Translations under genes and position numbers: made by a program
Part shown: positions 37,471 to 50,539 of the stretch, one piece after another
Layout: each line of letters begins with the position of its first letter
Numbering within the stretch: the first letter of the stretch is position 1
Source: Lama glama
Taxonomy: Eukaryota
Length of the DNA: 64,000 nucleotides
Direction: 5' to 3'
NCBI GenBank assembly: GCA_028534125.1
Contig: CM052818.1
Coordinates: 36,272,001-36,336,000, forward strand
Notes under the pieces: generated by a model
Databases searched by the model: none
Seen by the model: the letters and a program-made list of their open reading frames with translations, nothing else
Told to the model about the DNA's origin: nothing

Positions 37471-39380
37471 GAATAATACCTTTTGGCCAGCCTACCATCA
37501 CCTCCTGTCTGAGATCTAACCCCTGAGCCCCAGAGGCTGCCCCCTGCAGCTGTCTTTGCACTGAATAGCTCTACTCCTTTGAGACTGCACTCTGAGGAAA
37601 TACAGATAATCTAAAACGTAGCACAAGCTTCTGACCCCACCTGCATTGTCCAGGTTTCCAAAGTGGAGCGTAACATAGGAGAGTAGGAACTTTACCTTGC
37701 CTTCTGTGGTGCCAGGTACTGTCTGCGCTTAGCTAGTGATTGTCCAGTGTTAAGAAACTGTTCTGTGTGTGTGCATTCCTATGTGTGAATGTATGGCTAA
37801 GTGTGAGTGTGCGGTGTGTGGTCTGTGTGCCTGTGCACAGTGTGGGGTGGGCAAGGAATAGAAGCTGACCCAGCTCTTTCTTTGGTGCCTCTGGCCTCAA
37901 GGATCAGACGTCCATGTCAATGTCACAGGGCCAGGAAGTTCCGGTATGGGATAGACCAGGTCACATCCTGCACTCTCTCTCTGAGGTCAGGTTCCTTCTT
38001 GTGCCACAGCATTTGTAGAGGATGCTGAATGCCTTAAGCTCTAAGGAGCACATCCTGTCTGTGTGTCTGAGCTCCGGCAGTCTTAGTCCTCACACCTAAT
38101 CTCACGTCTGTCTGTAAGAGGCAGCGAAGTTCTAAACAGAAATGGAAGGGGGCCTAGCCCTGGGCAATGGGCTCAGGAGGGGACAGAGCCTGGGGCTAGG
38201 GAGAAAAGTGTGGAGCAAGTCTGCACCTCCTGAGCCCCTTTTAGATAGTAAGGCTTCTCTGGGAGTTGCTGGGGCATCAGGTCCCCCACAGGTCCCCAAC
38301 TCCTCCCCAGATCCCAAACCCACATGGGCCATCGCCTACTGCCCTGGGCCGCCACAGAGTCACAGCTTTTTGTCCCTTCCAAAGGCAGAAAGGAACACAC
38401 CTCCCACATGGCCTCTCTGGTCTGAGGAAATGCAGACTTGGGGATATATGGCTGAGGGGACACATCCAGTTTCAGTGACATTAGGCACCCTCCCCTTCCC
38501 TTCTTGGGGCAGGGCTTTCCCAGGAAGTGGGAGGAGAAGGCTGGCCGCAGTCACATTTCACAGTCTCAGTAGAGGATAAACCCTTTAATTTGTTTCTGAA
38601 GAAAATAAACCTCAGTGGATCTTTCTTCCCCAAAGACATGGCTTCTAGAAAATGGTGCTTCCTGTGCTTTTGTAAGATAAAATTTCAGAAAAATATTTCC
38701 ACAAAAATGCCTTTTGTTCATAAAAATGACTGATCTTTGGTGGTTCAGTATCAGTCTCTGTCCCCTTCTAAGGGAAGGGTTTGAGAATCACCTCACATGC
38801 CCTGCCCAGTCCCCCGCCTCCGACTGCTGGCCCCATTCGTGCCCCGGGTTCTGTTGGCTTCGCTGCATCTGTGTGTGTCTTTCCTAACTGGACATCCCAG
38901 CATGTCCCTCTGCCCCAACTCTACCCACTCACATGGTGTCTGCCTCTCTCTCAGATGTTCACTAGAGCGTCAGGAGGAACAGGAAGTCTGTGTGTCTGCC
39001 CCGTCAGGTAGCTTTGCCATCCAAGCAGGTTGGTGGGCCTGGTGCTTCCATGGGAATTCTGCAGACCAGGCTAGTAGGGGCTTCCTTCTTCCAGGAATAG
39101 TTGCTACTGGGATGCTTTCCAGGTCACGGGTTGCCTGGAGCTGGGTAGTCAGGGGCACTGGCCTATCTGAGATGCTCTGTGGTCAACAGGCAAGAAATTA
39201 CAGGTGGGGGTCCTGGAGCCCAGGCCACTCCTTCCAGGAGAGTCACTGAAGACTCCATATCCCAGGGAAAAAGATGGATCATGTGTAAACTGTGAAGCAA
39301 GGATGCTGAAGGGCTGAGATGAAAGGGGAACTTGGAGCCCAGAAGATGCTGCTCCTGCGTCCTGGCTCAGAAGTCTCAAT

Positions 39381-39405
39381 TCAAGCGAGGCTGTAGCTGG
39401 TCCTC
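39381..39405 (-). CDS. MFSD2B: MFSD2B (MFS sphingosine-1-phosphate exporter of erythrocytes and platelets) coding exon 14
   Basis: tacAG acceptor; (R)RTSYSLA-TGA; the 14 exons total 1512 nt = 503 aa + stop. Confidence 0.9.
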
Positions 39406-39799
39406 CTGTAGGAAAGAAGCCAAAGAGAAGGATATGGGTGGAGTGGGGTCCTGTAGAAGTATCAGTGGCTGGTCCTTGTCTTCCTCGCAATAGCTCACCT
39501 TCTTGACCTTGTGAATGAAGCTACAACCTGGTTTCTCTAAGTCCCATCAAGCAGTTCCCCATCCATGTGTCATTCCCTGAGTGTAACGCGTGATCTCAGT
39601 ATGATGAGCTAGAGTCCAAGGCAGGGAGGGGCCCACGGTGATGCCACTTCCTGCCTATCCTGTGTGGTCCTCTGTATGGACATATGCTTGTATTTGTAAG
39701 TGTATGAGCACCTGCAAAAATGTGGACATGGCTTGTGAATGTCTGCTGGACCAGACATGTTAATACTGCAACACCTCCTTGGCCTCAGGCTCTGTGTGG

Positions 39800-40440
39800 A
39801 GCTCTTGGGCCACAAAAATGAATAAAACTCAGCCCCAGCCATCAAGGTCCCTGTAGTCTACTAGGAGAGCCAGGCAGTGAGCATATCGTCCCTGCGCAGT
39901 GAGATCGGTGCTTTGAAAGGGGAAGGACAAGGCCAGAGAGCTGCTCAGTGCAGCCTGTGGCAGGAAGGGTAGAAGATGATTCCTAGGTTTGGGGTCCCAG
40001 GCTGCAAGGAGATGCAGTTCACTGGGACGGGGGTACAGTAGGAGGAGAAATTGGGGTGAAAATGAATTTAGCTTGGGGCATTAAGACTGACTGCCGTGCT
40101 TGTGAGACACCAGGTGGAGATGTCCAAATGACAGCTGGACATGTAGATCTGGAATTTGAAGGAGGTCCTGGAGCGGGGCAGATTGAGAACTTACCAGGCA
40201 CAAGAGGTGCCTGAGGTCAAGCAAGTAGCTGAGGTGCCTGGAGAGCAGAAGGAATAGGGGCCAAGAAGGGAGGCCTCCCATACCACCACCCAGCAGGTGA
40301 TGGAAGGAAGGAGACTGAGATGGGATGAGCAGAGTCGTAGAAGAAAATCCAAGAGAAGATGGCATCACTGAAGCTTAGGAAAGAGTCTCCAAAGGCAGGC
40401 CTGTCCAGCTGTGTAAATACCGCAAGGAGACCTGCGGCCT
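39800..40440 (-). mobile_element. L2 fragment in the last MFSD2B intron
   Basis: L2 motifs 'gagacaccaggtggagatgtccaaatgacagctggacatgtagatctggaattt'. Confidence 0.65.
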
Positions 40441-40530
40441 GGTTAGTCAGTCCCACACCACTGCACGGCCCTCTGCCTCCCTGGGTGTTGGTAGTCCTGA
40501 TGTGTGTACCCATGTGTGCGGGGTGCCCAC

Positions 40531-40707
40531 CTCCGAAGGCTCCGCGGGCGGGGGGTGTCCTGACGTGGCACCTTTGGAGTGGGGCCGACCATGAGGATGC
40601 ACACACCGGTGAGAATCATGCAGGTAGGCACGGCACCGATGAGGACTTTGAGGGTCACCACCACCTGCTCCGCCTGCTTGCAGGCTCCTGCCTCATAGCC
40701 CGCAAAG
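40531..40707 (-). CDS. MFSD2B: MFSD2B exon 13
   Basis: 177 nt [62 protein letters not shown]. Confidence 0.94.
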
Positions 40708-41086
40708 CTGGAGAAACACCATCCTATGCATTGAGTTCAGATCCTACCAAGCCTGGCTGCTGGAAAAAGGGGTCCCAGATGCCCACCACACTATCTGGAA
40801 ACGAATTCATTTCATGGCCAAATAAGCCTAACAGTTGAGGGAATGGGCAGGCCAGGGAGGAGTCAGAGAGAACTGAGAATGGGGAAAGCAGAGGCTTCAG
40901 AAGGGGTACAGCCACCAAGAAATGCCAATTCTCAGTCATGTGCGCAGAGAAAGCTGGGGCAGGGGGTTCCCCCACACTCTCCAGACTCATGGGTGGCCCC
41001 TGGCTGGCTCGGGTGGGGGACTCTGCCCTTTCTTCCCACGCCGCGAGTCTTTCGTGCCTCTGGTACAACCCAACTCTGGGACTCAC

Positions 41087-41236
41087 TCCAGGCTGAGAGT
41101 GGAGATGCCCAGGGCGCCTGCGCCTGAAAGCTTGGTGAAGAAGACATAGGATGAGTAGAAGATGGTCTCCAGCCCTGGGCCGTGCTGGTGCTGGTGCTGC
41201 AGCTGGAAGTCATCCACCACATCTGGAAGCATGGAC
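41087..41236 (-). CDS. MFSD2B: MFSD2B exon 12
   Basis: 150 nt; [49 protein letters not shown]. Confidence 0.95.
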
Positions 41237-41581
41237 CTGGGGAGAGGGGGCTGCAGAGTTATCCCTTTTATCCCTTTGACAGCCACCAGCCTGTGAACTC
41301 CCTGGGGACAGAGACTGAGTCACCCCTGGGTCCCTGCTGCCCAGGACCAGGACTGGCCCACAGAGCCAGGGAATAAGTGTGCTTGTATTTCCCCAACACA
41401 CGGCTGTCCACCCTTCCTGCTGTCTTGTGCTCTTTTAGGAGGGCTCCAAGGACCGAGCTCGTGGCCTCCATCTCCCGTAAGTGGGAGAGCCCCTCCCCAG
41501 CACAGGCTGGACACAAGGGGCCTGGGACAGCAGGTTCACGTGCACAGGGCTCCCATACCCCTTTCCCCTCACCCAGCCTAC

Positions 41582-41691
41582 CAGGGCAGCAGCAAGGACA
41601 CAGCAATGCTCACGCCAGACACAAAGGCCACGACATACGCCACGGGTGCTGTGGGCACAGCAGCCAACAGGATTGCAAACGGCACTATCCC
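41582..41691 (-). CDS. MFSD2B: MFSD2B exon 11
   Basis: 110 nt; [36 protein letters not shown](W). Confidence 0.94.
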
Positions 41692-41913
41692 CTAGGGAGA
41701 CAGACACACTAGCTGCTCCCTCCAGCTGCACCTCCCCCTTGCTGTTTGATTCACACACTCACCAGTCTTCACTGATGAGCCCCTGTGCCTGGTTCTGTGC
41801 TGGGCACTGAGGACACAGCGAATACAGATGCAGCCCTGCTGACCCCCAGGAGGAGGCTCAGGCTTCAAGGTCACATCCCCCGCAACATCACCCTTGCTTC
41901 CCGCCTCACTCAC

Positions 41914-41994
41914 ACAGATACCGAAGGCCGACATCCTCTTCCCAAATCGCTGTAGAAGCCACTCCCAGAGTGGGGTGCTCAGGACTGCTGAGAC
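41914..41994 (-). CDS. MFSD2B: MFSD2B exon 10
   Basis: 81 nt; [27 protein letters not shown]. Confidence 0.94.
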
Positions 41995-42297
41995 CTGTAA
42001 GCAGCAGAATCATCACAGCCCAGCAGAATCATCACAGCGCCTTTGCCAGGTTCTCAGAGCCCTGGGTTTTAGGTGGGATGCCCAACTTCAACCTCCCACT
42101 CTGGTTGGAACCTGTGGTTATGAACTTTATGACCCTGGCCCCAATCCCACCCTCTGCTGAAACGCAGGTGACTAAGACCACAGCAGAGTCCCAGTGTTGA
42201 CCATCAGAACTTGGGCCACACATGTCATGTTAAGGCCCACACGTCCCCAACTCAGGACCCTGAATGGCCTTGCCCCCACCACCCCAGGCCCCCTCAC

Positions 42298-42381
42298 CAG
42301 GATGGTTAGCACCACGTTCTGGACATGGTCATGTAGCCGGGAGGCGTGTGTACAGAACAGGACAAGGTAGCTCTGCTCCAC
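42298..42381 (-). CDS. MFSD2B: MFSD2B exon 9
   Basis: 84 nt; [28 protein letters not shown]. Confidence 0.95.
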
Positions 42382-42823
42382 CTGAGGAGGTCGATAGGAA
42401 GTGGGCGTGTACAGGAAATGGTAGAAACTTGGAAGTCAAGGGCAAGGTCTAGGTCTCAAGTCTGGCCTCCCCTTTGGGAACTTGAGCTCTGGTCCTGCCT
42501 GCATCATGGCAGGATGGCGTATTCTCCCCAACAAGGGATGCTTATACCTGACACAGGTATAAACGCCATTCCTAGTCCCCCTCCCTGGCACAGCTGAAAG
42601 CTGTGGACTTTACCACCCCAGACACTGTCAGCTTCCCGGTGCCTGGCCCTGACCCTCCCCAGTCCCACAGGCTCCATTCTCTCCTCCTAGCACCAGCCTT
42701 GCCGGGCCCATGCAAGCCACTGGTTCCTCTGTGTTGCGGTGGAGACGAAAAACTGAACCTGGACGTATGCAGGGTCAGTATGGCCACAGCCAAGCCAATG
42801 CGGATCTGTCTGGCTGGAGGTAC

Positions 42824-42945
42824 CTGAACGGCTGCTGAGATGAACAGGAAGGAGATGACCAGCTTCAGGTAGGGCGGGTGCCGGACTGTGAGGCACAGCC
42901 CAGACAGGAAGCTCAGGCCCTGGCCAGCGGCTGTGGCAGAGGGGT
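42824..42945 (-). CDS. MFSD2B: MFSD2B exon 8
   Basis: 122 nt; (D)[40 protein letters not shown]. Confidence 0.94.
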
Positions 42946-43061
42946 CTGCAACACAGGAAGGGGACACCATGGCTTCGTGGAGTTCAAAACCAAAACCCAC
43001 ACCCAAGAGGGGCCCTGTCCTAGCTGCTGTTTCCTACAATGCCTTCACCCCCATGCCGTAC

Positions 43062-43152
43062 CTGGTCGCTCCTTCACGCCGAGGCAGAGCAAACCACTGC
43101 ACACAGGGTAAGTCACAGCAACCACAGCGGCTGCAATGGAGTAGAGACGAGC
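43062..43152 (-). CDS. MFSD2B: MFSD2B exon 7
   Basis: 91 nt; [30 protein letters not shown]. Confidence 0.94.
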
Positions 43153-43711
43153 CTGGAGGACAGGACAGAACTTCAGTGAGGATGACATCACCAACCAATG
43201 GAGGTGGGAACACGTAGGGGACGGGCAGGAATACCTCCCAGTGGGAGCCGAGGGACCCACTGCCCAAGGTTAAGGATGCTCGGTGCCCCGCCTCCCAATC
43301 AGCCCAGCAGGGGAGGGAGATCTAAGGGGCCAGAATGGTCCTTCTGCTGACGCCGTGCCTCCTGCGTGCACCCATGACACCATGGGTCTAACCCATGCCC
43401 CACCCCCTCTCATTTTTTTAAGCAAACATTCGTTGCTGCTGATTTCTGTGTGCTAGACCCTGAGGTCACTGTGGTGAGTAAGTGACCTCTGTGCATCCAC
43501 AGTAAGCGGCTTGGAGGGTGTGTGTGTGTCGGGCTTGGGGACGACGCAGACCCAAGAATAGACAGTTACAGCACAGTGTGAGGCACGATGACCCAGATAA
43601 ACGTCAAAACCAGACATGGTGCCTCCTATCAGAGGTAATAAAGTACACATAAGACACGCATGGGAGTCAGTCATTCAGTTCAGGATAAGGGCTGTTTCTG
43701 GTGGGGGAGGC

Positions 43712-44338
43712 GGGCAGGGCTTCACCCGTGCAGCTGCAGCACAGTTGTATGGGGCCCCACGTTCAGAAGGCGCGGCACTTGGAAGTTGATGCTCAGCTGT
43801 CCTGAAATTCTTGATGATTTTATCTACAAATTTGTGTTATGTAAATGAATTTGATGGGACAATAGAGCTGGAACTACCAACAGGCACCTGAATGCTTTGC
43901 ACCTTGGCTCACACGAGGCTCCGTGTCCTGAAGGTGGTTCTCAGCCTCCTGCTCCCTACTTCTTGGCACCCCAGGACCCACCCAGCCTCTTGCTCTCCAA
44001 CCCAAGAGGCCACTGCCACCCTCTGTTCCACTCTCACCCAGACAGCAACCCACCTAGTAGCTTTGGAGAGGGGGCTTGTAGAGACCTCAGAGGGGCCCAG
44101 TCATGGAAGTGGGGAGGGTAAATCTGGGAGGGGCAAGGGTGCAGGCCTCTGGTCTTCGATTGGCAGCACCATGATGGGTTCTGAGGACAACTGGGTGGAG
44201 CCTCTCACCAACCCTGATCCAGGCAATCCCGTGATTGGGGCGGTGAGCTGTGGGACAGAGGACTGACTTCCCCACACTCTCTGGGGGCCTAAAGTTTCAT
44301 TTTTGCACTCTACACAGGCAAATTCTGTAGCTGAGCTG
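43712..44338 (+). mobile_element. MER45-like hAT-Tip100 DNA transposon
   Basis: 5' 'cagggcttcacc...ggccccacgttcagaagg...ctgaaattcttgatgatt' and 3' 'tttcatttttgcact...caaattctgtagctg' match recalled MER45 ends. Confidence 0.65.
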
Positions 44339-44969
44339 CAGATGGGTCTGGGGATGAGTACGCAAGGACTTCATGTAATGCGTTCTTAAGAGTGGTGAGC
44401 CATGGGTGTTGGTGTTATTATTCTCATACCATTGAGTCTCAGATGTTGGTGGAAGACAGTGATGTGTTTTGCTTAAGGAGAAAGGGGAGGAATAGAAGAT
44501 GAACTTGACCGATAAATAGATGAACTTCCCCTAATTGCTGAAGAGGGACCTGCTTTGAGAGGAGAGGAAGGGCTACTGCCCCAGGTTTCTATTCTCCTTT
44601 CACACTGGGGGTGGGGCTTTACCTGGAGCTCTGCCAGGACGCCAAGCCCTTCTGCTGTCCCTCTCCCCTGCCCCTGCCTGTGGCCCTTCCCCACCTCTTT
44701 CCCTTCTCTGTGGTCTACCTCCTCCCCTCCAGATGGCCTGCTGATCCATCCTTTTACTCTATGTTTAGGTGGCACCCAGGGGGAGAAGCAGGTTTAGCGG
44801 GGAGGATGGGTTTCATGGGCTCAGAAGAGCAGGGAACAAATTGGAGGGTGTGGTGTGCAGAGCTGAGCCCCCAGTAACCATGAAGAGACCTGGGGGAGAA
44901 GTGGCCCTGGAAGGAAGAGGCGACCCTGAAGTGGGGGACCCAGTGGGTCCAGGCAGTCTGGGCACTCAC

Positions 44970-45100
44970 CGCACTGGGGGCAACGGCCACCTGCCCTGGG
45001 AACGTGGCCTCCTCACACCTTTGGGACCCGTGGGCACCAGACACAATGAGTCCATGGATGGTGGCGCCCATCAGTGTCCCTGCCATCTCCATGGTCATCC
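44970..45100 (-). CDS. MFSD2B: MFSD2B exon 6
   Basis: 131 nt; (R)[43 protein letters not shown]. Confidence 0.95.
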
Positions 45101-45192
45101 CTGGGATGGAACACAGAGCAAGGTGATGGAGCTCATGGGGCCCGGGGGCAGAGCCATCTCACCCCACCCTACCCCCACCAGCGTGCACTCAC

Positions 45193-45271
45193 GGTATGCA
45201 GTGCCGGAGTCCCGCTCCCTGGGGTTGGGGGTCAGGAGCATGATCAGCGCTGTGTAGGGCACCTGGAAGAA
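45193..45271 (-). CDS. MFSD2B: MFSD2B exon 5
   Basis: 79 nt; [26 protein letters not shown]. Confidence 0.95.
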
Positions 45272-45584
45272 CTGGGGCGCCCAGACAGAGCATGGGATGG
45301 CTCCTACCGCCAGACTGCCAACCCGGGCCACAGCTTCCCAAGCCTAGGCCCACACCAGGCTGGCACATCCCCACTGATCTCCCAGGCGTTAGGGGTGAGG
45401 GGCAGGAGGGATAGCTAGCCTAGAGCCCATGAGAAGAGCTAGTGGTAGATCAGCAGGCACTGGTGAGCAGGTGGGCAGTGGGAACCTGGACACCTACCCC
45501 TACCACACACACACTTCACAGTGGCCACCGGCTAGTAATGGGGTTCCAGGAGTCCAGGCCCAGGAAGCGGGGCCACCTGCTTAC

Positions 45585-45708
45585 CGTGGCCAGAGCCTGG
45601 AACAGGTAGTAGAAGGTCATGTACCAGAGGCCTCGCAGGCTGTTGAAGGGGGACAGGTACCACAGGAAGAAGTAGGCCAAGGCAATGAAGGGCATGCAGC
45701 CCAGCACC
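45585..45708 (-). CDS. MFSD2B: MFSD2B exon 4
   Basis: 124 nt; [41 protein letters not shown]. Confidence 0.95.
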
Positions 45709-46254
45709 CTGTGGAAGCACAGCCTAGGTTGAGTGCCCTGGAACACCAGGACAGGGGATGCAAAGGGTGGGCCTGGAGCACCCTCACCTCTCTGGGCATA
45801 AGCCCTCTACCCCTAGAGAAGCCCTGGGCTGGAGCTCTCACCGTGGGAGCCATGGAGGGGGAGAAGTGGCTAATGGGATGAGGAGGTGGCTGGGACTGGG
45901 GGCTGGGGTGCTTGGGGGCTCCGTGGTGCCATTCCCTGTATCCAGGACCCTGAGACAGAAGCAATTGTTATCTCCTCTGTGAGATCTTCCAAGATGTCCA
46001 GCCCAGCCCAAACACACTCCTAAACCTCTGGGAGGCTTTGAACAGTCCTGTGCCACCAGGTGAGGAAGAGCCCCCAGGAATGTCTCTGAATTCCTGTATG
46101 ATGCAGTCTGACTCAATCCATTCCCGTCACCTACTGTCCAGTTTTGTCTCTAACCATCCACAGGGTTTTCCACTAAAAAGCAGGGCTGTGACAAACACAG
46201 TGACCTCAAGCCAGGGATGGGTGCCAGGATCCTAAGATCCACGGGGCTGCTCAC

Positions 46255-46379
46255 CAGGGCATGAGTCGTCCAGACCCTGTCCTCCTGCTTCTGTTGATGA
46301 AGAACCCAGCCAGAGGGTCGGCAGCTGCCCCAAACACCTTCCCTCCAAACAGGACAAGTGACACCTGGGCAGCAGAGAT
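46255..46379 (-). CDS. MFSD2B: MFSD2B exon 3
   Basis: 125 nt; [41 protein letters not shown](W). Confidence 0.95.
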
Positions 46380-47499
46380 CTGAAAGGGACAGGGGAGGGG
46401 ACAGCCAAGGCCTAGCAGAGTCAGAGGGGGTGTCTGGGACTGCCTGCCCAGCAGGAGGAAGATCTGGGAAACCGGCTGCGGCTGGAGTCCCAGTGTCTAT
46501 TCGGTCTCTTCCCCAGGACCTGAGCCCAGAAGGCTCTGAGGGCACATCTGAACCAGTGAAGGAGCAGCTGAACACCAGCACATTGCTGTTATACTTAAGC
46601 CCAGTCACTTTTGGAGAAGACTGAGAGACTCTCACCTAAGTTGCTCAGTGTAAGAAGGGTGCACCGAGGCCAACAGTCAGAGGCAGACCTTGTGTTATGC
46701 AATGTAAATGTTTTATTGATTTTTCTGATGACATAAATGATACACTCATAAACACAACCAAACAGTACAGAAAAATATTGACCAAAGCTCATCTGAAATT
46801 CCACCATCCTGAGACAACTACCAGAAGCATTTTGATCATCCTTTCATGCATTTCTTTATGTGCATTTGCAATTTTTAATTTTACATAAATAGGATCATAG
46901 CAGTGTCATTTTAAAAAAAATCATGGCTGCCTTATTAAAATGTTCATTTTTGCTTGCACTCTATCCTCCACCATTCCTTCCTAAACTCAGCATTAACAGT
47001 CTGGTGGATATCCTTCTGGAAATTACTTAGTCCATGCTCATCCTTTAATCATGTACAGACATATACATGTCAATATACCTATGCACACACAAATATATGG
47101 CATGTCTTTGGTAAAATGGGATCATTTTACACCCTTCTCTAAAACTAACTTTCTTCACTAGTTAGTGCATAATGAAAATCCCTCCACGTCAACTAGTATG
47201 GGTCTAACTCATCCTTTTGAACGACTACACATTAGTCCATTATACGGATATAGCTCAACTTATTATCCAATTACTTCTATATTGTTGGACATCCACATTG
47301 TTTCACATTTTTCCACTACAAACAGCCTAAAATAAATATCCATAAGGAGACTGCCTTCAGTAGCATTTGGTTTTCTGTCAAGCTTGGAAGTGCCACGTGC
47401 CAAGGATGGTGTGGGTGGAAGTAAAGGTGGGGTGAAAGAACCAGACACCAGGGAAGATGACAGACAGTAGAGGGCCCCGGGGCTGCTGTCCACACTCAC

Positions 47500-47625
47500 C
47501 TGTGCCACATCAAGCAGGAAGAGTTGCAGGTAAAAGGCTACGGCGCTTGAGGCCACCTGGTTGGGAACCCCGCCAATGCCATAACACACCTTTGTACAGA
47601 ATGAGAGGCGACCAGCTCTGCTGTC
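47500..47625 (-). CDS. MFSD2B: MFSD2B exon 2
   Basis: 126 nt; [42 protein letters not shown]. Confidence 0.95.
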
Positions 47626-48094
47626 CTGCGGGAGACACAGGAGCTAAGCCCCCACTTCCATAGACACATCACAACTCCCCACAGCCCCCTGATTTCCAAA
47701 AGCATCCTGAAGTCTCTATGTCTTGAGGGCTTCTCCAGCAACCTCTCAGACCTAATTTGTCCCAAATCATCTTAAAAGGAAGTGAGACAGTCTCAAAAGG
47801 AAAAAAAAAATCCTAAACTATGACCTGTAAACATTTCCAAGGGAAGTTCTTACTTATATCTGCCCCACAGGGCTTTCTGCTGCAGTCTGTTGTATTTTCT
47901 GAATCAGCCAGCCAGAGTAAACTGGGGGTTGAGAGGCGCCCCCAGCTTTGCTACCAACTGCCTGAGTGACTCTGAATAAATCACTTTACCTCTCTAAGCC
48001 TCATCTGTCAAACGGAATATTCCTGCCAATTTCAATTGTTTTCATGAGCAAATGAGGCAATGGCTTTGGGGGCTGACTGTTAAATGTTCAGGAC

Positions 48095-48235
48095 TTTCAC
48101 AAGCCAATTATTGAACCACCGGCAGCCTGAAATCAGCCATGGTGAGAGTATTTACACCACAGAAATCAGCAAACACTACAAATCAGAGCTTTTTTTTTTT
48201 TTTTAAACCCTGCAGTTTTAGGCAATGTACCACTG
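48095..48235 (-). mobile_element. MER63-like hAT-Blackjack fragment
   Basis: 'gaaatcagccatggtgagagtatttacaccacagaaatcagcaaacactacaaatcag...ccactg'. Confidence 0.65.
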
Positions 48236-48319
48236 AAAGGAAGTAATCCTTATGACCCCAAATATGTGTGTGTGCATATATACATATATATATAACTGGG
48301 GTCATATATATATACCCCC

Positions 48320-49112
48320 TAGGCTACCCAGTGAACTCCCAATTCGAAATTAGACTGTCTACTCCCAGCCCCACATGGTTGCTGAATAGGCATTTCAGTG
48401 TAGCATGGTCAAAACACAGCTCCTTATTTCCATTCCACTGTCCAAACGTCCCAACCCTCTTGTCCCCATTGCATTCAGGCCACAAACGTAGGAGTCATCT
48501 TGATTCCTCTTTCCCAATTCCTCTGTCTAATCTATTGGTGAGAGCCTCCTAAGTGGCTTCCCTACTTTTACTCTCATTCCCTACTGTCCACTCTCTGTCC
48601 AACAGCCAAAGTGATCTTTTCATAACATAAATTAGATTTTCTCATCTCTATATAAAACCCTCTGACAGCTGTTCAAAACTCTAGTCCTTCCCATAGAGCC
48701 AAGGGGCCCACCCAATCAGCCCCCACACCCTTTCCCACTTCACTTCAGATAGCTACCTCACCAACCATGGTAGTCTCCTTCCTGTTCCTCAAAATGACCA
48801 TGCCTGCGGCTGCCTCAGGGCCTTTGCACTTCCTGTCCCTTCTCTCTGGAAGGCTCTTTCTCCAGGTCTTTGCAAGAGCTGACTCCTTGCCATTCAGGCT
48901 GAAGCCTAAGAGGCCTTCCCTAACCACCCAAATCCCTCTCTCAATTATACTTACTACATGATATATTCTTATTTATTTCCTGCCTCTCTCCACCAGAATA
49001 TAAACTCTCTGCGAGCATGAACTATATAAATTTTATTCACCACCATGACCTTCATACCTAGAACAATACTTGGCATATAGATGCTCAATATATATTTGTT
49101 GAAAGAATAAAT
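48320..49112 (+). mobile_element. L2a fragment
   Basis: 'gcctcagggcctttgcactt', with 3' end 'cctagaacaatacttggcatatagatgctcaata...tttgttgaaagaataaatg'. Confidence 0.8.
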
Positions 49113-50539
49113 GCTATGAAGACACTGTGTAAAGTTCTATTTCTTCAAAAGATGCTGGGAATCCTTCTTTTTCATCCTTTGCCTGAACATGGGAGGGGGA
49201 GTGGAGAGGGCTATTGCTTCGCCCATTTTGGTATCTTGCCAGACACCCCAAATGGGCTCTTTTGAACCGAAGGTCTTCCTAGATAAGGGCTTATCAAATC
49301 CTCTGCACATGCTTCCTACCCACAGAAGAAAACTACACATGAGGCAGGATGTGGTCTCCTTTTCTGACATTTGTGTGAACATTATTTCAACTTCCAGAAA
49401 ACTTTAACAACAGGCAGAATCCAACATGATAGCCCTTCCCACATCTCACTCCATAATGGATTCTGGTTTCCCTCTAAACGTACCTATCAAGTTTCTGGTA
49501 CATAGAAGTCACTTGAAAAAGACATTCTAGCTGAAACTAGTTAGATGACACAATCTTGGAATCTTGAGGAAGACAGTTTTACCTACTTAAATCATAAGCC
49601 CTTCACAGTCAACTGAGAACAAGTTTCAGAGTTAGACAAGCTTAAATCCAAACTCTCTGCCTGCCATTTCTGGCTGTGTGACCAGGGCAAGGTACTCAGT
49701 GAGGATGAGCTTCATCTCCCCCCACGTGAAGGGGGATAATACACCTCACAGAGTTGTCCTGAGAGTTAAATGCTAGCACGTAATTGGCAATGTTGATCTG
49801 GCCATTAATCTCACTGTGAATATTTAAATTTCCCTGGGAAATGAGAGTCCTCAGAGGGCCTCTTTATCTCACTAATTCTTTCTTGAGGGCCACAATCTTT
49901 TGCTCTGAGGTGCCTGAGAGGAAGCACTGAGTCAACAGGGAATTGAGGTGGTGGTGAAGTGAAGCCATAGACAGAATGGGTGCATTAAGCACAGAGCTGG
50001 CAGTGGATTTTTGCATTCAGCAGAAAGCTCAGACGTCCTAACTCCTTTTCAACACAGCTACCCTGAACGGCACGCCCCAGTCCCATGCACGGAGTGAGGA
50101 CAGAGGTGGGGGATATGGAGAGGCTGAGGACACCCTAGGTTCCCACTTGCCCTCCACCCTTACTCCGGAGCCAGGAAGGACATCTCTGGGGGCAGTTATC
50201 CCAAGCGAGGAGAGCCTGGGACCTGGAGGAAGCCAGGGTTTGAGAGGTTAGCTAAGTCCACAGCATCTGCCTGGAGATTGAGGAAAGGTGGCAGCCTCCA
50301 CACGCACAATTCAAAGTCCTACCACCCCAGAGTTCAGGAGAACTAGGGAAGGCCTGGAGTGTGACGGACAAGAGCCTTAGCCTGACACTGACCATGCCTG
50401 ACCAGTTGAATTCAGACAAGTCAGGTGACTTGCTAGGACTCAGTTTCCCAATCTGTTCTGTCTAAGGACTACCGAATACCCTCTGCCTCTCAACTGTCAA
50501 ACCCCAGCAGGGACAGTACAACAGCCTGAAGGCTTGGGC

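Noticed and set aside
38132..46635. Many 60-160 aa ORFs on both strands
   Set aside because: Expected in GC-rich DNA; they are antisense or off-frame shadows of MFSD2B exons, introns and UTR.
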